Below, piece by piece: positions 9,660 through 18,581 of a DNA stretch of 29,943 nt. The position numbers and the translations under genes were made by a program. A model generated the notes under the pieces. That model had not been told where the DNA came from. It searched no databases and worked only from the letters and a program-made list of their open reading frames with translations. The first letter of the stretch is position 1. Each line of letters starts with the position of its first letter. Location: contig LKNG01000005.1 of NCBI GenBank assembly GCA_001564115.1, positions 1 through 29,943 on the forward strand, written 5' to 3'. The DNA comes from Natrialbaceae archaeon Tc-Br11_E2g8 (GTDB lineage: Archaea > Halobacteriota > Halobacteria > Halobacteriales > Natrialbaceae).

Positions 9660-10289
9660 TTACTCGCGGTCGGTTTCGGCGACCCGCTCGTCGACCGACC
9701 GCTCGAGACGCCGCTCGAGTTCCTCTATGGACTCCTCGTCGGTTTCGCCGGCCTCCTCGGCCTGCCTGGCCGCCTCCCGGCGGAGCGCGCGGTCGATCTC
9801 GTCTTCCTCAAGAGTACCGTGGGGCGTGACGGTGAGGACGTTTCCGCCGCCGGGATCGAGGACGATCACCTTCTCTCCCTCCTCGATCGTTCCCTCGGTC
9901 GACCGGGCGCTGTAGTACGGCGCGAAGCCGCCGCTCTCGAGTTTGACCTCGCCGTCGCGTTCGGTGACCGTCTTCGTGACGTAGCCGACCGAGCCCGCGA
10001 GCGTCCGCGAGTCGCTCGTCTGTGCCGTCCCCTTGCCGCCGTAGAAGTCGAACTCCCGGTAGACCCAGGCGGCGCCCGCGCCGAACGCCAGGGTCAACGC
10101 GGCGAGCACCAGCGGCGCCGCGAGCATCGGGAACACCGCCCCCACGAGCAGCCCGACCAGTCCGGCGCCGGCGAGCGCGACGCCGAGGACGATGAAGTGT
10201 GCCCCCGGAGAGAGCGCCTCGAGAGCCATCAACGCGAGACCCGCCCCCAGCAACACGAGCGGCAAGTTCTCCAGGACCAGTTCGATCAT
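9660..10289 (-). CDS. NfeD-family membrane protein, the short partner of stomatin
   Basis: N-terminal hydrophobic helices followed by a C-terminal soluble β-rich domain (…VTERDGEVKLESGGFAPYYSARSTEGTIEEGEKVIVLD…). It lies immediately upstream of the SPFH gene on the same strand, which is the classic pairing. The start is an ATG inside the longer six-frame ORF. Confidence 0.75.
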   Translation of the reverse strand: MIELVLENLPLVLLGAGLALMALEALSPGAHFIVLGVALAGAGLVGLLVGAVFPMLAAPLVLAALTLAFGAGAAWVYREFDFYGGKGTAQTSDSRTLAGSVGYVTKTVTERDGEVKLESGGFAPYYSARSTEGTIEEGEKVIVLDPGGGNVLTVTPHGTLEEDEIDRALRREAARQAEEAGETDEESIEELERRLERSVDERVAETDRE

Positions 10290-10474
10290 GCAAACGACTA
10301 GGGTCCTCCGAAGTAAGTGTTTACCGGCGATGGGGTCCCCGGTCGCCCGAGCGCCGGCCCAGACGGGGCCGTTCGAGAACTGCCCTCGACGGGATCGGTA
10401 GAGAACCGGTGTCGCCCGAGAGTCGGCCTCGACCGGGTCATTCAAGAGCCGGTGTCGCCTACCGTCGACCGCGT

Positions 10475-10558
10475 GCGAGGGTAGCCAAGTGGCCAACGGC
10501 GGCGGACTCAAGATCCGCTCTCGTAGGAGTTCGTGGGTTCGACTCCCTCCCCTCGCAC
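10475..10558 (+). tRNA. tRNA-Leu, anticodon CAA, with a long variable arm. CCA is not encoded.
   Basis: Acceptor stem GCGAGGG/CCCTCGC with discriminator A. Anticodon stem GCGGA/TCCGC with loop CTCAAGA. Long variable arm. T-loop TTCGACT. The T-stem has one U·U mismatch. Confidence 0.8.
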
Positions 10559-10571
10559 TGTCAACCAGTGC

Positions 10572-10591
10572 GGCAAGAGCGCGCTCTTGCC
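10572..10591. other. Perfect 20-bp palindrome (ggcaagagcg|cgctcttgcc) 13 nt downstream of the tRNA 3' end. It could be a terminator, a processing structure or a protein-binding site.
   Basis: Read directly: the two 10-nt halves are exact reverse complements. Confidence 0.6.
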
Positions 10592-10750
10592 CTCGCAACG
10601 TTCTATCCGATCGAGAGACGACTCCGGACTGCGTCGGTCCGGCGTCGGCGACACGATCCCGGTCGGTTCGACGTCGCAGTACGTTCCGGTCGATCGGGTC
10701 GGACCGATCGAACCGGTGGCTCTTTGCCGGTGTGGTGGCCACCCCTATCA

Positions 10751-11560
10751 ATGAGTGGCTCGCGGACGCGACGACACGAGGTTGCCCTGACGGCCGCCCG
10801 GGCCGGGGCTTCGGTCGCCGACGACCGGTTCCGGACGGCGCTCGCGGTCGAACTGAAAAGCGGGAAGACAGACGTCGTCACCGACGCCGACCGGGAGGCC
10901 CAGACCGCCGTCACGGCGGCCATCGAGCGGGCGTTCCCCGGCGAGCCGATCGTCGGCGAGGAAGACGAGGAGCCCTCGTCGGTCCCCGCCGAGGGCCCCG
11001 CCTGGATCGTCGACCCGATCGACGGCACGCACAACTACGTCCGGGGAATCCGGACCTTCGCCACCGCCGTCGCGGCCGTCGTCGACGGCGAACCCGTCGC
11101 CGCCGCGGTCGTCCTCCCGGCGCTCGGGGACGTCTACCACGCCGGCTCCGACGGCGCCGTCCGCAACGGCGAGCCCATCGCCGTCGCCGGCCGGACCGAC
11201 CCCGAGGAGTGTACCGCCTGCCCGCTGATCTGGTGGCCGACCGACCGCCGCGAGGAGTACGCGGCCGCGACCCGCGCGATCGTCACCCGGTTCGGCGATC
11301 TCCACCGGATCGGCTGTGCCCAGGGAACCCTCGCGACGGTCGCCGCCGGCGGGATCGACGCCGCGTTCACGAACGTCGACGCCAACCCCTGGGACACGGT
11401 CGCCGGCGTCCACCTGATCCGCGAGGCCGGCGGGACCGTCACCGACCTGTCCGGCGACCCCTGGCGACACGACAGCGACGGCCTCGTCGCCTCGAACGGG
11501 CCGCTGCACGGGACCGTCCTCGCGGCCGCAAGCGAGACCGACGCCGCCAGCGAGACGTAA
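10751..11560 (+). CDS. Inositol-monophosphatase-family phosphatase (IMPase/FBPase/SuhB-like)
   Basis: Family motifs EED…E, WIVDPIDGTHNYVRGI and the C-terminal WD…AG region. The start is an ATG inside a longer six-frame ORF that runs through the tRNA. Confidence 0.85.
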   Translation: MSGSRTRRHEVALTAARAGASVADDRFRTALAVELKSGKTDVVTDADREAQTAVTAAIERAFPGEPIVGEEDEEPSSVPAEGPAWIVDPIDGTHNYVRGIRTFATAVAAVVDGEPVAAAVVLPALGDVYHAGSDGAVRNGEPIAVAGRTDPEECTACPLIWWPTDRREEYAAATRAIVTRFGDLHRIGCAQGTLATVAAGGIDAAFTNVDANPWDTVAGVHLIREAGGTVTDLSGDPWRHDSDGLVASNGPLHGTVLAAASETDAASET

Positions 11561-11729
11561 TACAGCCCGTGGAGCCGACGCCGACCGCGGGACCGACGCC
11601 GAACGTGGCACTGACGCCGCCGGCCAGACAGGCGCCGAACGCGACTCCGTGGACGATGGCGACTGATCGACCGGCGCCGTCGTGACCCCGGGGAAACGCT
11701 TATTTTCGACCGCGCTCCGCGTGGAGTCG

Positions 11730-12890
11730 ATGACCGAGTACGACGTGGCCGTCGTCGGCGGCGGAATCGTCGGCTGTTCGGCCGCCCGCGAGCTGGCGGC
11801 CGACCACGAGGTGGTGGTGCTCGAACGGGACGCGATCGCCAGTGGGGCAAGCGGCAAAGCGTCGGGCGTCGTGACGTTCTCGGCCCAGCGATCGACCCTC
11901 CCCGAGTTCGTCGAGTACTCCCTGTCGTTTCTCCGGGAGTGGGAGGGAACCGCCCACCACGAGTTCCACCGTCGGAACACGGTCGAGCTCACCCCACCCG
12001 AGAAGGAACGGGAGGCGAAAGGACGGGTCGAGGCCGCACGGGAGGCGGGATTTCCCCTGCGGTTCCTCGACGCCGCGGAGGTCGACGCCCGCTACCCGGG
12101 AGTCTTCGAGCTCTCGGGGTACGTCGGCGGGATCGAGTACCGGGACACCGGCTTCGTCGATCCGTACACCGCCACGACGAGCTACCTGGAGGACGCCGAG
12201 ACCCGCGGCGCGGATGTCCGAACCGGGGTCGAGGTGGAGGATGTGAAACGCTCGGGGAACTCGGTCGACGGCGTGGAGACGTCCGACGGACCGATCACGG
12301 CGGGGACGGTCGTCTGTGCGGCGGGCTGGCGCACGCGGGAGCTCCTGGCGGGGGTCGTCGACGTCCCCGTCCGACCGATCCGGTACCAGGCCGTCGACCT
12401 CCGACCGGATCGATCCCTCGGCGACGCCTACCCGATGGGGATCGATCCGGTCGGCGAGTACTACTGGCGTCCCCAGGGTGACGGCACCCTCCACGTCGGT
12501 GGCGGCGACACGCTCGTCGGGACCCCCGGCGAGGTCCGCCACGGCGTCACCGAGGAGTTCAGACTCGACGTCGCGACGGACGTCCCCGGGATACTCCGGG
12601 GGTTCGAACGTGCCGAGGTGGAAAGCGAGGACACCTGCCCGACGGGCGACGCCGCGACGCCGGACTCGATTCCGATCGTCGACTGCCCTCTCGAAGGGCT
12701 CGTCGTCGCCACGGGCTTTCACGGCTACGGGATCATGGCCTCGCCGTCGGCGGGCCGGGCGGTTCGGTCGCTGGTGACCGGCGAACCCGCACCGTTCGCC
12801 CTCGAGGACCTCTCGCTCGACCGGTTCGAGGAGACCGGCGATCGGTTCGAGCTCCTCTCGCTCACCGAGAAACGCGCGAAGTACGGCTGA
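11730..12890 (+). CDS. FAD-dependent oxidoreductase of the DAO family (glycine/sarcosine/D-amino-acid oxidase-like)
   Basis: N-terminal Rossmann motif [19 protein letters not shown], length about 386 aa and a C-terminal …[10 protein letters not shown]… segment typical of DAO enzymes. Confidence 0.8.
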   Translation: MTEYDVAVVGGGIVGCSAARELAADHEVVVLERDAIASGASGKASGVVTFSAQRSTLPEFVEYSLSFLREWEGTAHHEFHRRNTVELTPPEKEREAKGRVEAAREAGFPLRFLDAAEVDARYPGVFELSGYVGGIEYRDTGFVDPYTATTSYLEDAETRGADVRTGVEVEDVKRSGNSVDGVETSDGPITAGTVVCAAGWRTRELLAGVVDVPVRPIRYQAVDLRPDRSLGDAYPMGIDPVGEYYWRPQGDGTLHVGGGDTLVGTPGEVRHGVTEEFRLDVATDVPGILRGFERAEVESEDTCPTGDAATPDSIPIVDCPLEGLVVATGFHGYGIMASPSAGRAVRSLVTGEPAPFALEDLSLDRFEETGDRFELLSLTEKRAKYG

Positions 12891-12990
12891 GCCGATCCGT
12901 GAGATCGGCCGCCCGGCGGACGCCACGGCGCTCGGGTGTGTCGAACGCACGAAACCGGAAACCGTAAACGACGCGGCTCGTAGAACTGCG

Positions 12991-14079
12991 GTGATGAACG
13001 AACTCCTCGACCGCGTGGGACCCGTCCGACTGTGGGCCGTCACCGTCCTCGCGGTGACGATAGCGGTCGCCGCCGCCGCGGTGGCCTTCCCACAGCGGGT
13101 CTACGTCGAGGTCATCTGGCAGTACTACTGGGGGCCGGTGGTCGCCGACGCCAACGGCTGGAGCTGTGTCGCCTGGGCCGGCGGGGAGCAGGTCGACGCC
13201 GGCGCGAACTGTGCCGACGCCGGCCCAGGCGACGGCCCGACGGCGACGCCCGGGTACACCTGGCAGTCCTACGCCGGCTACGTCCCCACGTTGCTCTTGC
13301 TCCTGGTCGGTATCTACTTCGTCGTCGAGTGGCTCGACATCGACCGCTTCCGGGAGGGGTTTTACGGGCTGTTCCCGTTCATGCTGTTCGGCGGGGCGCT
13401 CCGGACCGTCGAGGACGCGAACGTCCAGGCGGATCTGCTCATCCCGCTGCCGTGGTCGGCGCTCCTGATCAGCCCGTTTATCTACGTCGTCGTCGCCCTC
13501 GTGGCGGTCGTGGCGGTGGTGATCGCCGTCTGGCTCGAACGCCGCGGAACCGTCTCGAACTACGCCTATCCGCTCGCCGCCATCGGAACGGGCGCGCTCG
13601 TCCTCACGGTCGCGATCCTTGCCGTCCTCTCGGCTCGCGGCGGCATCGGTTTCTTCCCGCTGATCACGGTCGCCACCATCGGCGGGGCCACCCTCATCAC
13701 CGCGGTCACGTGGGTGGCGATCGACCGTCTCGCGCCCGGGATCAACCGCGGGACGGGCTACATGGGGCTCGTCGTGATCTGGGCTCACGCCGTCGACGGC
13801 ATCGCGAACCTCATCGGGCTCGACTACGCGACGGCGTTTGGCTGGCCGTACACCCTCTCGCCGAAACACCCGATCAACGCGGCGATCGTCGACTTCTTCG
13901 GGACGGCCTGGCCGTTCGTGGCGCTGAAAGTCGCCGCCGCCGTCTTCATCATCTGGGTGTTCGACGAGGCGATATTCGAGGAGAGCCCGCGGTATGCCAT
14001 CTTGCTCCTGATAACCGTCGTCGCCGTCGGGCTCGGGCCCGGCACCCGCGACATGCTCCGGGCGACGTTCGGCGTGTGA
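12991..14079 (+). CDS. Polytopic membrane protein of unknown function, possibly of the archaeal DUF63 type
   Basis: 362 aa with roughly 8–9 hydrophobic helices, a Cys-containing extracytoplasmic loop early on, and haloarchaeal codon usage. Confidence 0.55.
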   Translation: MMNELLDRVGPVRLWAVTVLAVTIAVAAAAVAFPQRVYVEVIWQYYWGPVVADANGWSCVAWAGGEQVDAGANCADAGPGDGPTATPGYTWQSYAGYVPTLLLLLVGIYFVVEWLDIDRFREGFYGLFPFMLFGGALRTVEDANVQADLLIPLPWSALLISPFIYVVVALVAVVAVVIAVWLERRGTVSNYAYPLAAIGTGALVLTVAILAVLSARGGIGFFPLITVATIGGATLITAVTWVAIDRLAPGINRGTGYMGLVVIWAHAVDGIANLIGLDYATAFGWPYTLSPKHPINAAIVDFFGTAWPFVALKVAAAVFIIWVFDEAIFEESPRYAILLLITVVAVGLGPGTRDMLRATFGV

Positions 14080-14089
14080 CCTCCCGTTC

Positions 14090-14644
14090 GGTCTCCAACC
14101 ACAACAGAGCGACGAGAACATGCTCGAGCAGGATCACCTCGAGTCGAGGGACGTCCGCTCACCACAACTTCGGAGAGTCGAATCCAGCGGCCCACACGTG
14201 TAACTGCTCTATCCTGAAGCTCTCCTGGGCACTCGACACTGACTCACTGAGGCGAATGGGGCCAGAGACTCCCTCTGTCCGAGGGTGGAGTGTATCTCCG
14301 TATCGACTGGGCGGTTAGCACGATGGTCACCCCTATTTTATAAGACAAATATGTATTACCACGCGAGAGTCTACCACGTCTCCCGTTTCGTCTGGTACCA
14401 AAATTTGAAAGTAACGACGTCGTATGGGCCACACAGTATTCACCCGCCGAGATACAACAACATATTATAACTTTGGTCACCGTCTCGGGATGGTGTACAA
14501 TAGTGGCTATCACCCCGTCGCCCTCTTCGTATTTACCGGTTAGCGGTGAAACGTTCAACTGCTCTGTCTGAAACGACGTGGCCGGTTTAAGTGTAAACTC
14601 GGGGTGAAAAGAGCTGCCCCAGACGTGTGGGGCGGGAGAGAACG
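14090..14644. other. Unusually long AT-rich non-coding gap (about 45–50 % GC against about 68 % for the window). No convincing ORF on either strand.
   Basis: Read directly. It contains several TATA-like elements (ttttataa near 14336, atattataa near 14451, tttaagtgtaaac near 14585). The six-frame ORFs here (61 aa on +, 141 aa on -) have non-halophilic composition. Confidence 0.7.
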
Positions 14645-15274
14645 ATGACAGAGAAAAAATATAGCTCACGTCGCTTCGTACTGAAATCGGCCGCGGCGGG
14701 TGTGGCTATCGCTGGAATCGGCGCACCAACAGCAACTGCACAGGGTCGACAAACCGAGACTTTGACGACCGAAGAGGGTTGGATTACTGCGACGGTGAAC
14801 GCAGGACAGCGGACCGTCATCAGCGTCGAACTAGACGAGAGCGTCTACGGCCGCTGGCCCGACAATCCCACGGAGTACGTCATGGAAGCCAACGTGGGTG
14901 TTGTCGTCCCCGATACGGGTGTCTCCGACGACTTCCGAATCGGCTGGGGCGGTGCAGATACGGTTCAACGCGATGGAACGGCGGGTGGCTACATCAGGCG
15001 AAATCCCGGACCGGACGAAGATAGATTCGACACGCTCGAAGAGGACGTGCAGGGGCTGTTTCAGGCGACTGAATCATCTGACCAACAGTCCTACGAGTTC
15101 GTCATCAACTGGCAGACCCCGATCCCCGAAAAGCCAGACCGGATTCAGGAAATTCGAGTGAACGAAGTGTTCGGCCTCGATGGTGGCGGGGGTGTTCAAA
15201 CGGAGGGCATCGATGTCAGTACCGGTTCCTCGGGCGTGTTAGGCCTCGCTCCACCGAGAGGCGGGGGAAACTAA
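14645..15274 (+). CDS. Tat-secreted hypothetical protein, encoded by lower-GC DNA
   Basis: Tat motif SRRFVLKSAAAGVAIAGIG…ATAQG, with no downstream TM or PGF-CTERM segment and a Gly-rich C-terminus. Visibly lower GC than its neighbours. The start is taken as the ATG at 14645 (MTEKKY…). The six-frame ORF begins at the GTG at 14627. Confidence 0.5.
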   Translation: MTEKKYSSRRFVLKSAAAGVAIAGIGAPTATAQGRQTETLTTEEGWITATVNAGQRTVISVELDESVYGRWPDNPTEYVMEANVGVVVPDTGVSDDFRIGWGGADTVQRDGTAGGYIRRNPGPDEDRFDTLEEDVQGLFQATESSDQQSYEFVINWQTPIPEKPDRIQEIRVNEVFGLDGGGGVQTEGIDVSTGSSGVLGLAPPRGGGN

Positions 15275-15373
15275 CGAATCAGTACGTTTTCGACTCTCCG
15301 GCCCTGAAAGGCGAGGAGTCCCGAACGCCTGACGGCCGTTCCGGACCCATATTTCCGGCGGGAGAAAGCCACG

Positions 15374-15383
15374 TTACTTAAGA
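15374..15383 (+). promoter_or_regulatory. TATA-like element (ttacttaaga) centred about 29 bp upstream of the helicase ATG, implying a leaderless transcript
   Basis: Its position and AT-rich composition fit a haloarchaeal promoter at about −27. Confidence 0.4.
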
Positions 15384-15407
15384 GTGTTGCCCTCCAGACT
15401 GTGTACA

Positions 15408-17285
15408 ATGAGTACCACCGAGACGCGGGTGACTCGGCTCTTTGGCGGTCCGGGCAGCGGCAAGACGACGGCACTTCTGGATCACGTAGAGGAGATCCTC
15501 GAGGACGAAGACGTCTCCTTTCGGGACGTGCTGGTCGTCTCGTACACGCGGGCGGCAGCCCAGGAGGTCCGGGAACGGCTCGCCGAACGGCTCGACGAGA
15601 GTCCGCGTGCCCTCCAGGGCAACGTCTGTACGATGCACGCGAAGGCGTACGATCTGCTCGATCTCTCCCGCGGTGACGTCATCGGCGAGAAGGACAAAGA
15701 GGAGTTCTGCGAGGAGTACGGCCTCGAGTTCGAGGACGAGTACTCCGGGGCCGGCCGGCGGACGGCCCGGTCGACGACCATCGGCAACAAGATCATCGCC
15801 ACCAGCCAGTGGCTCCAGCGTACCCGCCGGGAGGTCGCCGACTGGTACGACGTCCCCTTCCAGTGGGACCTAGAGGAGGTCCGACTGCCCCCCGAGATCG
15901 ATCCGAACGCCCAGGAGGGCAACAAGTACACGCCGACCTGGCCGGCGGCCGACGACCGGATCGACGTCCCCGAGGCGATCCGGGCGTGGCGATCCTACAA
16001 GGGCCGGGAGGGAAAGATCGGTTTCGCGGACATGCTAGAGCGCGTCGAGCAGCGCTCGCTCGTCCCGAACGTCGACTACCTCGTGATCGACGAGTTCCAG
16101 GACATCACGCTGTTGCAGTATGCGGTCTACGAGGAGTGGAAACCCCACGTCGACCGCGTCCTGATCGCCGGCGACGACGACCAGGTCGTCTACTCCTGGC
16201 AGGGCGCCGACCCCGCCCTCCTGCTCGAGGAGGAGGTCGACGACGACGTCATCCTGCCGAACTCCTACCGGCTGCCCTCGAACGTCCTCCACGCGGTCAA
16301 CCGGGAGATCCGTCACATCGACGTCCGCCAGGACAAGGACCTAGATCCCCGCAAGGAAGGCGGGACGGTCGAGGGCTACGCGAACAAGTCGATGCTCGAT
16401 CTCGTCCGGATGGTCCGCCGGACGCTCGTCGAGGACGAGGGCACGATCATGCTCCTGTTCCGGGCGCGCTACCAGATGTTCCAGTTCGTCGATGAGTTCA
16501 TCACCGAGGGGATCCCCTTCACCGCGCTGACCGACCAGCGGATGTGGACCGACCGGCTCACCCAGTACGTCCGGGCGGTCGAAGCCGTCGAGGCCGGCGA
16601 GGACCTCGACGGGCTCCAGGCCCGCCGGCTGGCGGACATGCTGATGGACTCGGCCTTTGGCACCGGCGAGCGCGACGAGCTGTTCGACGCGATCGACGAG
16701 CTCCAGGAGGAAGCCGACGTCGGCGACCTCACGGAGCTCACCGTCCCGCTGTCGGTCGTCGAAGAGCACGTCCCGTTCATGCCGGATCCGGCCTCGGCGT
16801 CGGACATGCTCCGGAAGGTCACCAGCTTCCAGAAAAAGAGCGTCAGGGCGTACTTCGCCATCGGCAGCTACCAGGGGATGGACACCGACCGCGTCCGCGT
16901 CGGTACCATCCACTCCGCGAAGGGCCGGGAGGCAGACCACGTCTTCGTCGGCACCGACCTCACCGAGAAGGTCGTCGAGCAGATGGTCGCCACCGTCGAG
17001 GGGACGGGCGCAGACGCCGACGCCACCGACGTCCCCGGCGTCGAGGAGTTCACCAAGACGACGTCGCCGGTGCCGATCCTCACGGACAACGAACGCCGGG
17101 TGTTCTACGTCGGGATGTCCCGGGCCCGCGAACGGCTCGTCCTGCTCGAGAACCTCGTCGACGGCGCGCCGACGCTTCCCGTCGACGTCCTGCTCAACAA
17201 CCGGATGACAGACGCCGACCTCGAGGAGCTGATCGAGATGGCCCAGACCCCCGCCGGCCTCGAGGCCGAACCGGAAGCCCACTGA
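15408..17285 (+). CDS. UvrD/Rep/PcrA-like superfamily-1 DNA helicase, compact, with no N-terminal extension
   Basis: Motif I GGPGSGKTT, Ia VVSYTRAAAQE, II LVIDEFQDIT, III GDDDQVVYSWQGA, IV YRLPSNV, VI VGTIHSAKGREADHVFV, and the C-terminal RRVFYVGMSRARERL. Walker A begins at residue 13, so the usual Q-motif region is absent. Confidence 0.85.
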   Translation: MSTTETRVTRLFGGPGSGKTTALLDHVEEILEDEDVSFRDVLVVSYTRAAAQEVRERLAERLDESPRALQGNVCTMHAKAYDLLDLSRGDVIGEKDKEEFCEEYGLEFEDEYSGAGRRTARSTTIGNKIIATSQWLQRTRREVADWYDVPFQWDLEEVRLPPEIDPNAQEGNKYTPTWPAADDRIDVPEAIRAWRSYKGREGKIGFADMLERVEQRSLVPNVDYLVIDEFQDITLLQYAVYEEWKPHVDRVLIAGDDDQVVYSWQGADPALLLEEEVDDDVILPNSYRLPSNVLHAVNREIRHIDVRQDKDLDPRKEGGTVEGYANKSMLDLVRMVRRTLVEDEGTIMLLFRARYQMFQFVDEFITEGIPFTALTDQRMWTDRLTQYVRAVEAVEAGEDLDGLQARRLADMLMDSAFGTGERDELFDAIDELQEEADVGDLTELTVPLSVVEEHVPFMPDPASASDMLRKVTSFQKKSVRAYFAIGSYQGMDTDRVRVGTIHSAKGREADHVFVGTDLTEKVVEQMVATVEGTGADADATDVPGVEEFTKTTSPVPILTDNERRVFYVGMSRARERLVLLENLVDGAPTLPVDVLLNNRMTDADLEELIEMAQTPAGLEAEPEAH

Positions 17286-17304
17286 CCCCCGACGGGCCGA
17301 ACGG

Positions 17305-18576
17305 ATGTCCCCCTCAGGGCCGACCGACGCCGGGAGTCGCGACCGATCGATCGACGAAACCCACGACCGATCGACGGACGTCGAGGGTCGCGACCGACTG
17401 GTCGGTGCCGAGATTCACGGCCGGCTGCTCGACGCCCTCGGCGGGGACGACGCCGCGGCCCTGGTCCACGCCGGCCATCCCCGGGAGCCGACGCTCCGGT
17501 ACCTGCTCGGGGCCGCCGACCGCCGGCCGGCCGGCGAGGTGGGGGTCGTCCGTGCGGTCGCCGTAGACGAGGAGGGGATCCTCGCGTTCGCGGCCGACGG
17601 CGACGACCACCCCGCGACGCGGCTGGCGGACGCCCTGCGGGAACGCGGCCGGACGGGGACGCTCCTCGCACCGCCGGACATCCCCCACGACGCGGCGCTG
17701 TACCTCGAGCGGGCGGGGTTCGAGCTGGCCTCGACCGATCTCCTCGATCGGCTCCGTGCGTCGAAGAGCCCCGCCGAGGTGCGACGAATCGAGCGCTCCG
17801 CGGCCGCGGCGACCGCGGGGTTGCGCCGGGCAGCGTCGATCCTCGCCGACGCCGCGAGCGACGGGGTCTCCGACGACGCCACGGGCGACGGGGTCTCCGA
17901 CGACGCCGCGGGCGACGGAAGCTCCGCCGGCGCCACGGCCCACGACGGGACGCTCGTCGTCGACGGCGAGCCGCTGGGCCGCGAGGGGTTCCGTCGCCGG
18001 ATCGACGCCGCGATCGTCGACGCCGGGGGGTTTCCCGCCGGACACACCGTCGTGGGGGTCGGTCGGACGCCGACCTCCGACGCGTCGGAGACGATCGGGG
18101 AGGGGGCGACGGCCGGGGGCGGAGCGGACGTCCTTCCGGTCGGCGAGTCGATCGTCGTCTCGGTCGCTCCCCGCGGGCCGGAGGGCTACCACGCCCCGAT
18201 GAGCCGGACGTTCGTCGTCGACGGTGACGGGGGCGAGCGACGCCGGGCACACGTCGCGGCGACGGCGGCGCTACGATCGGCCGAGGCGTTGCTCGAGAGC
18301 GGCGAGGATCGGGCCGGGGTCGTCGAGGCCGACCTCGCGGCGGAGGTCGCTGCCTTCGGCTTCGAGGCGGGCGTCGAGAGTAGCGTCCGTGGCGTCGGGC
18401 TCGAACCGACCGAACGGCCCCTGGCGGGCGGAACGATTCCGGACGGCGCCGTCCTCGCGCTCGAGGCCGAGACGATCGAGCCGGCGGTCCGACTCGCCGA
18501 TCTCCTCGTCGTCGAGGGCGGGGCCGTCCGCCGGCTCGAGGCTCCCTCGCGGTCGCTGGTGCCCTCGAGAGAGTAA
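17305..18576 (+). CDS. M24-family (Xaa-Pro aminopeptidase/creatinase) homologue, apparently catalytically inactive
   Basis: A creatinase-type N-domain followed by a pita-bread domain (LRASKSPAEVRRIER…; GESIVVSVAPRGPEGYHAPMSRTFVV; GVGLEPTERP; LALEAETIEPA; LLVVEGG). A by-eye alignment puts Ser and Pro where the two metal-binding Asp should be, and Thr where the His should be. The two Glu are retained. The gene starts 19 bp after the helicase stop on the same strand. It contains a 27-bp tandem repeat encoding (DGVSDDATG)x2. Confidence 0.65.
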   Translation: MSPSGPTDAGSRDRSIDETHDRSTDVEGRDRLVGAEIHGRLLDALGGDDAAALVHAGHPREPTLRYLLGAADRRPAGEVGVVRAVAVDEEGILAFAADGDDHPATRLADALRERGRTGTLLAPPDIPHDAALYLERAGFELASTDLLDRLRASKSPAEVRRIERSAAAATAGLRRAASILADAASDGVSDDATGDGVSDDAAGDGSSAGATAHDGTLVVDGEPLGREGFRRRIDAAIVDAGGFPAGHTVVGVGRTPTSDASETIGEGATAGGGADVLPVGESIVVSVAPRGPEGYHAPMSRTFVVDGDGGERRRAHVAATAALRSAEALLESGEDRAGVVEADLAAEVAAFGFEAGVESSVRGVGLEPTERPLAGGTIPDGAVLALEAETIEPAVRLADLLVVEGGAVRRLEAPSRSLVPSRE

Positions 18577-18581
18577 CGCGA

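Noticed and set aside
14261-14275. A 9-nt match (gactccctc) to the 3' T-arm/acceptor region of tRNA-Leu, as a possible attR of an integrated element
   Set aside because: A 9-mer match is expected by chance in a 30-kb window on two strands. The genes between the tRNA and this site are high-GC housekeeping genes. No integrase is present.
14244-14669. A 141-aa minus-strand ORF and a 61-aa plus-strand ORF inside the AT-rich gap
   Set aside because: They are basic and Cys-rich with a non-halophile composition. The first overlaps the start of the Tat-protein gene in antisense. There are no motifs. The region is treated as non-coding.
15408-17285. Calling the helicase the canonical nucleotide-excision-repair UvrD
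   Set aside because: It is shorter than bacterial UvrD (625 aa), lacks the N-terminal Q-motif region, has no uvrABC neighbours and is coupled to an M24-like gene. It is kept as 'UvrD-like SF1 helicase' with no gene symbol.
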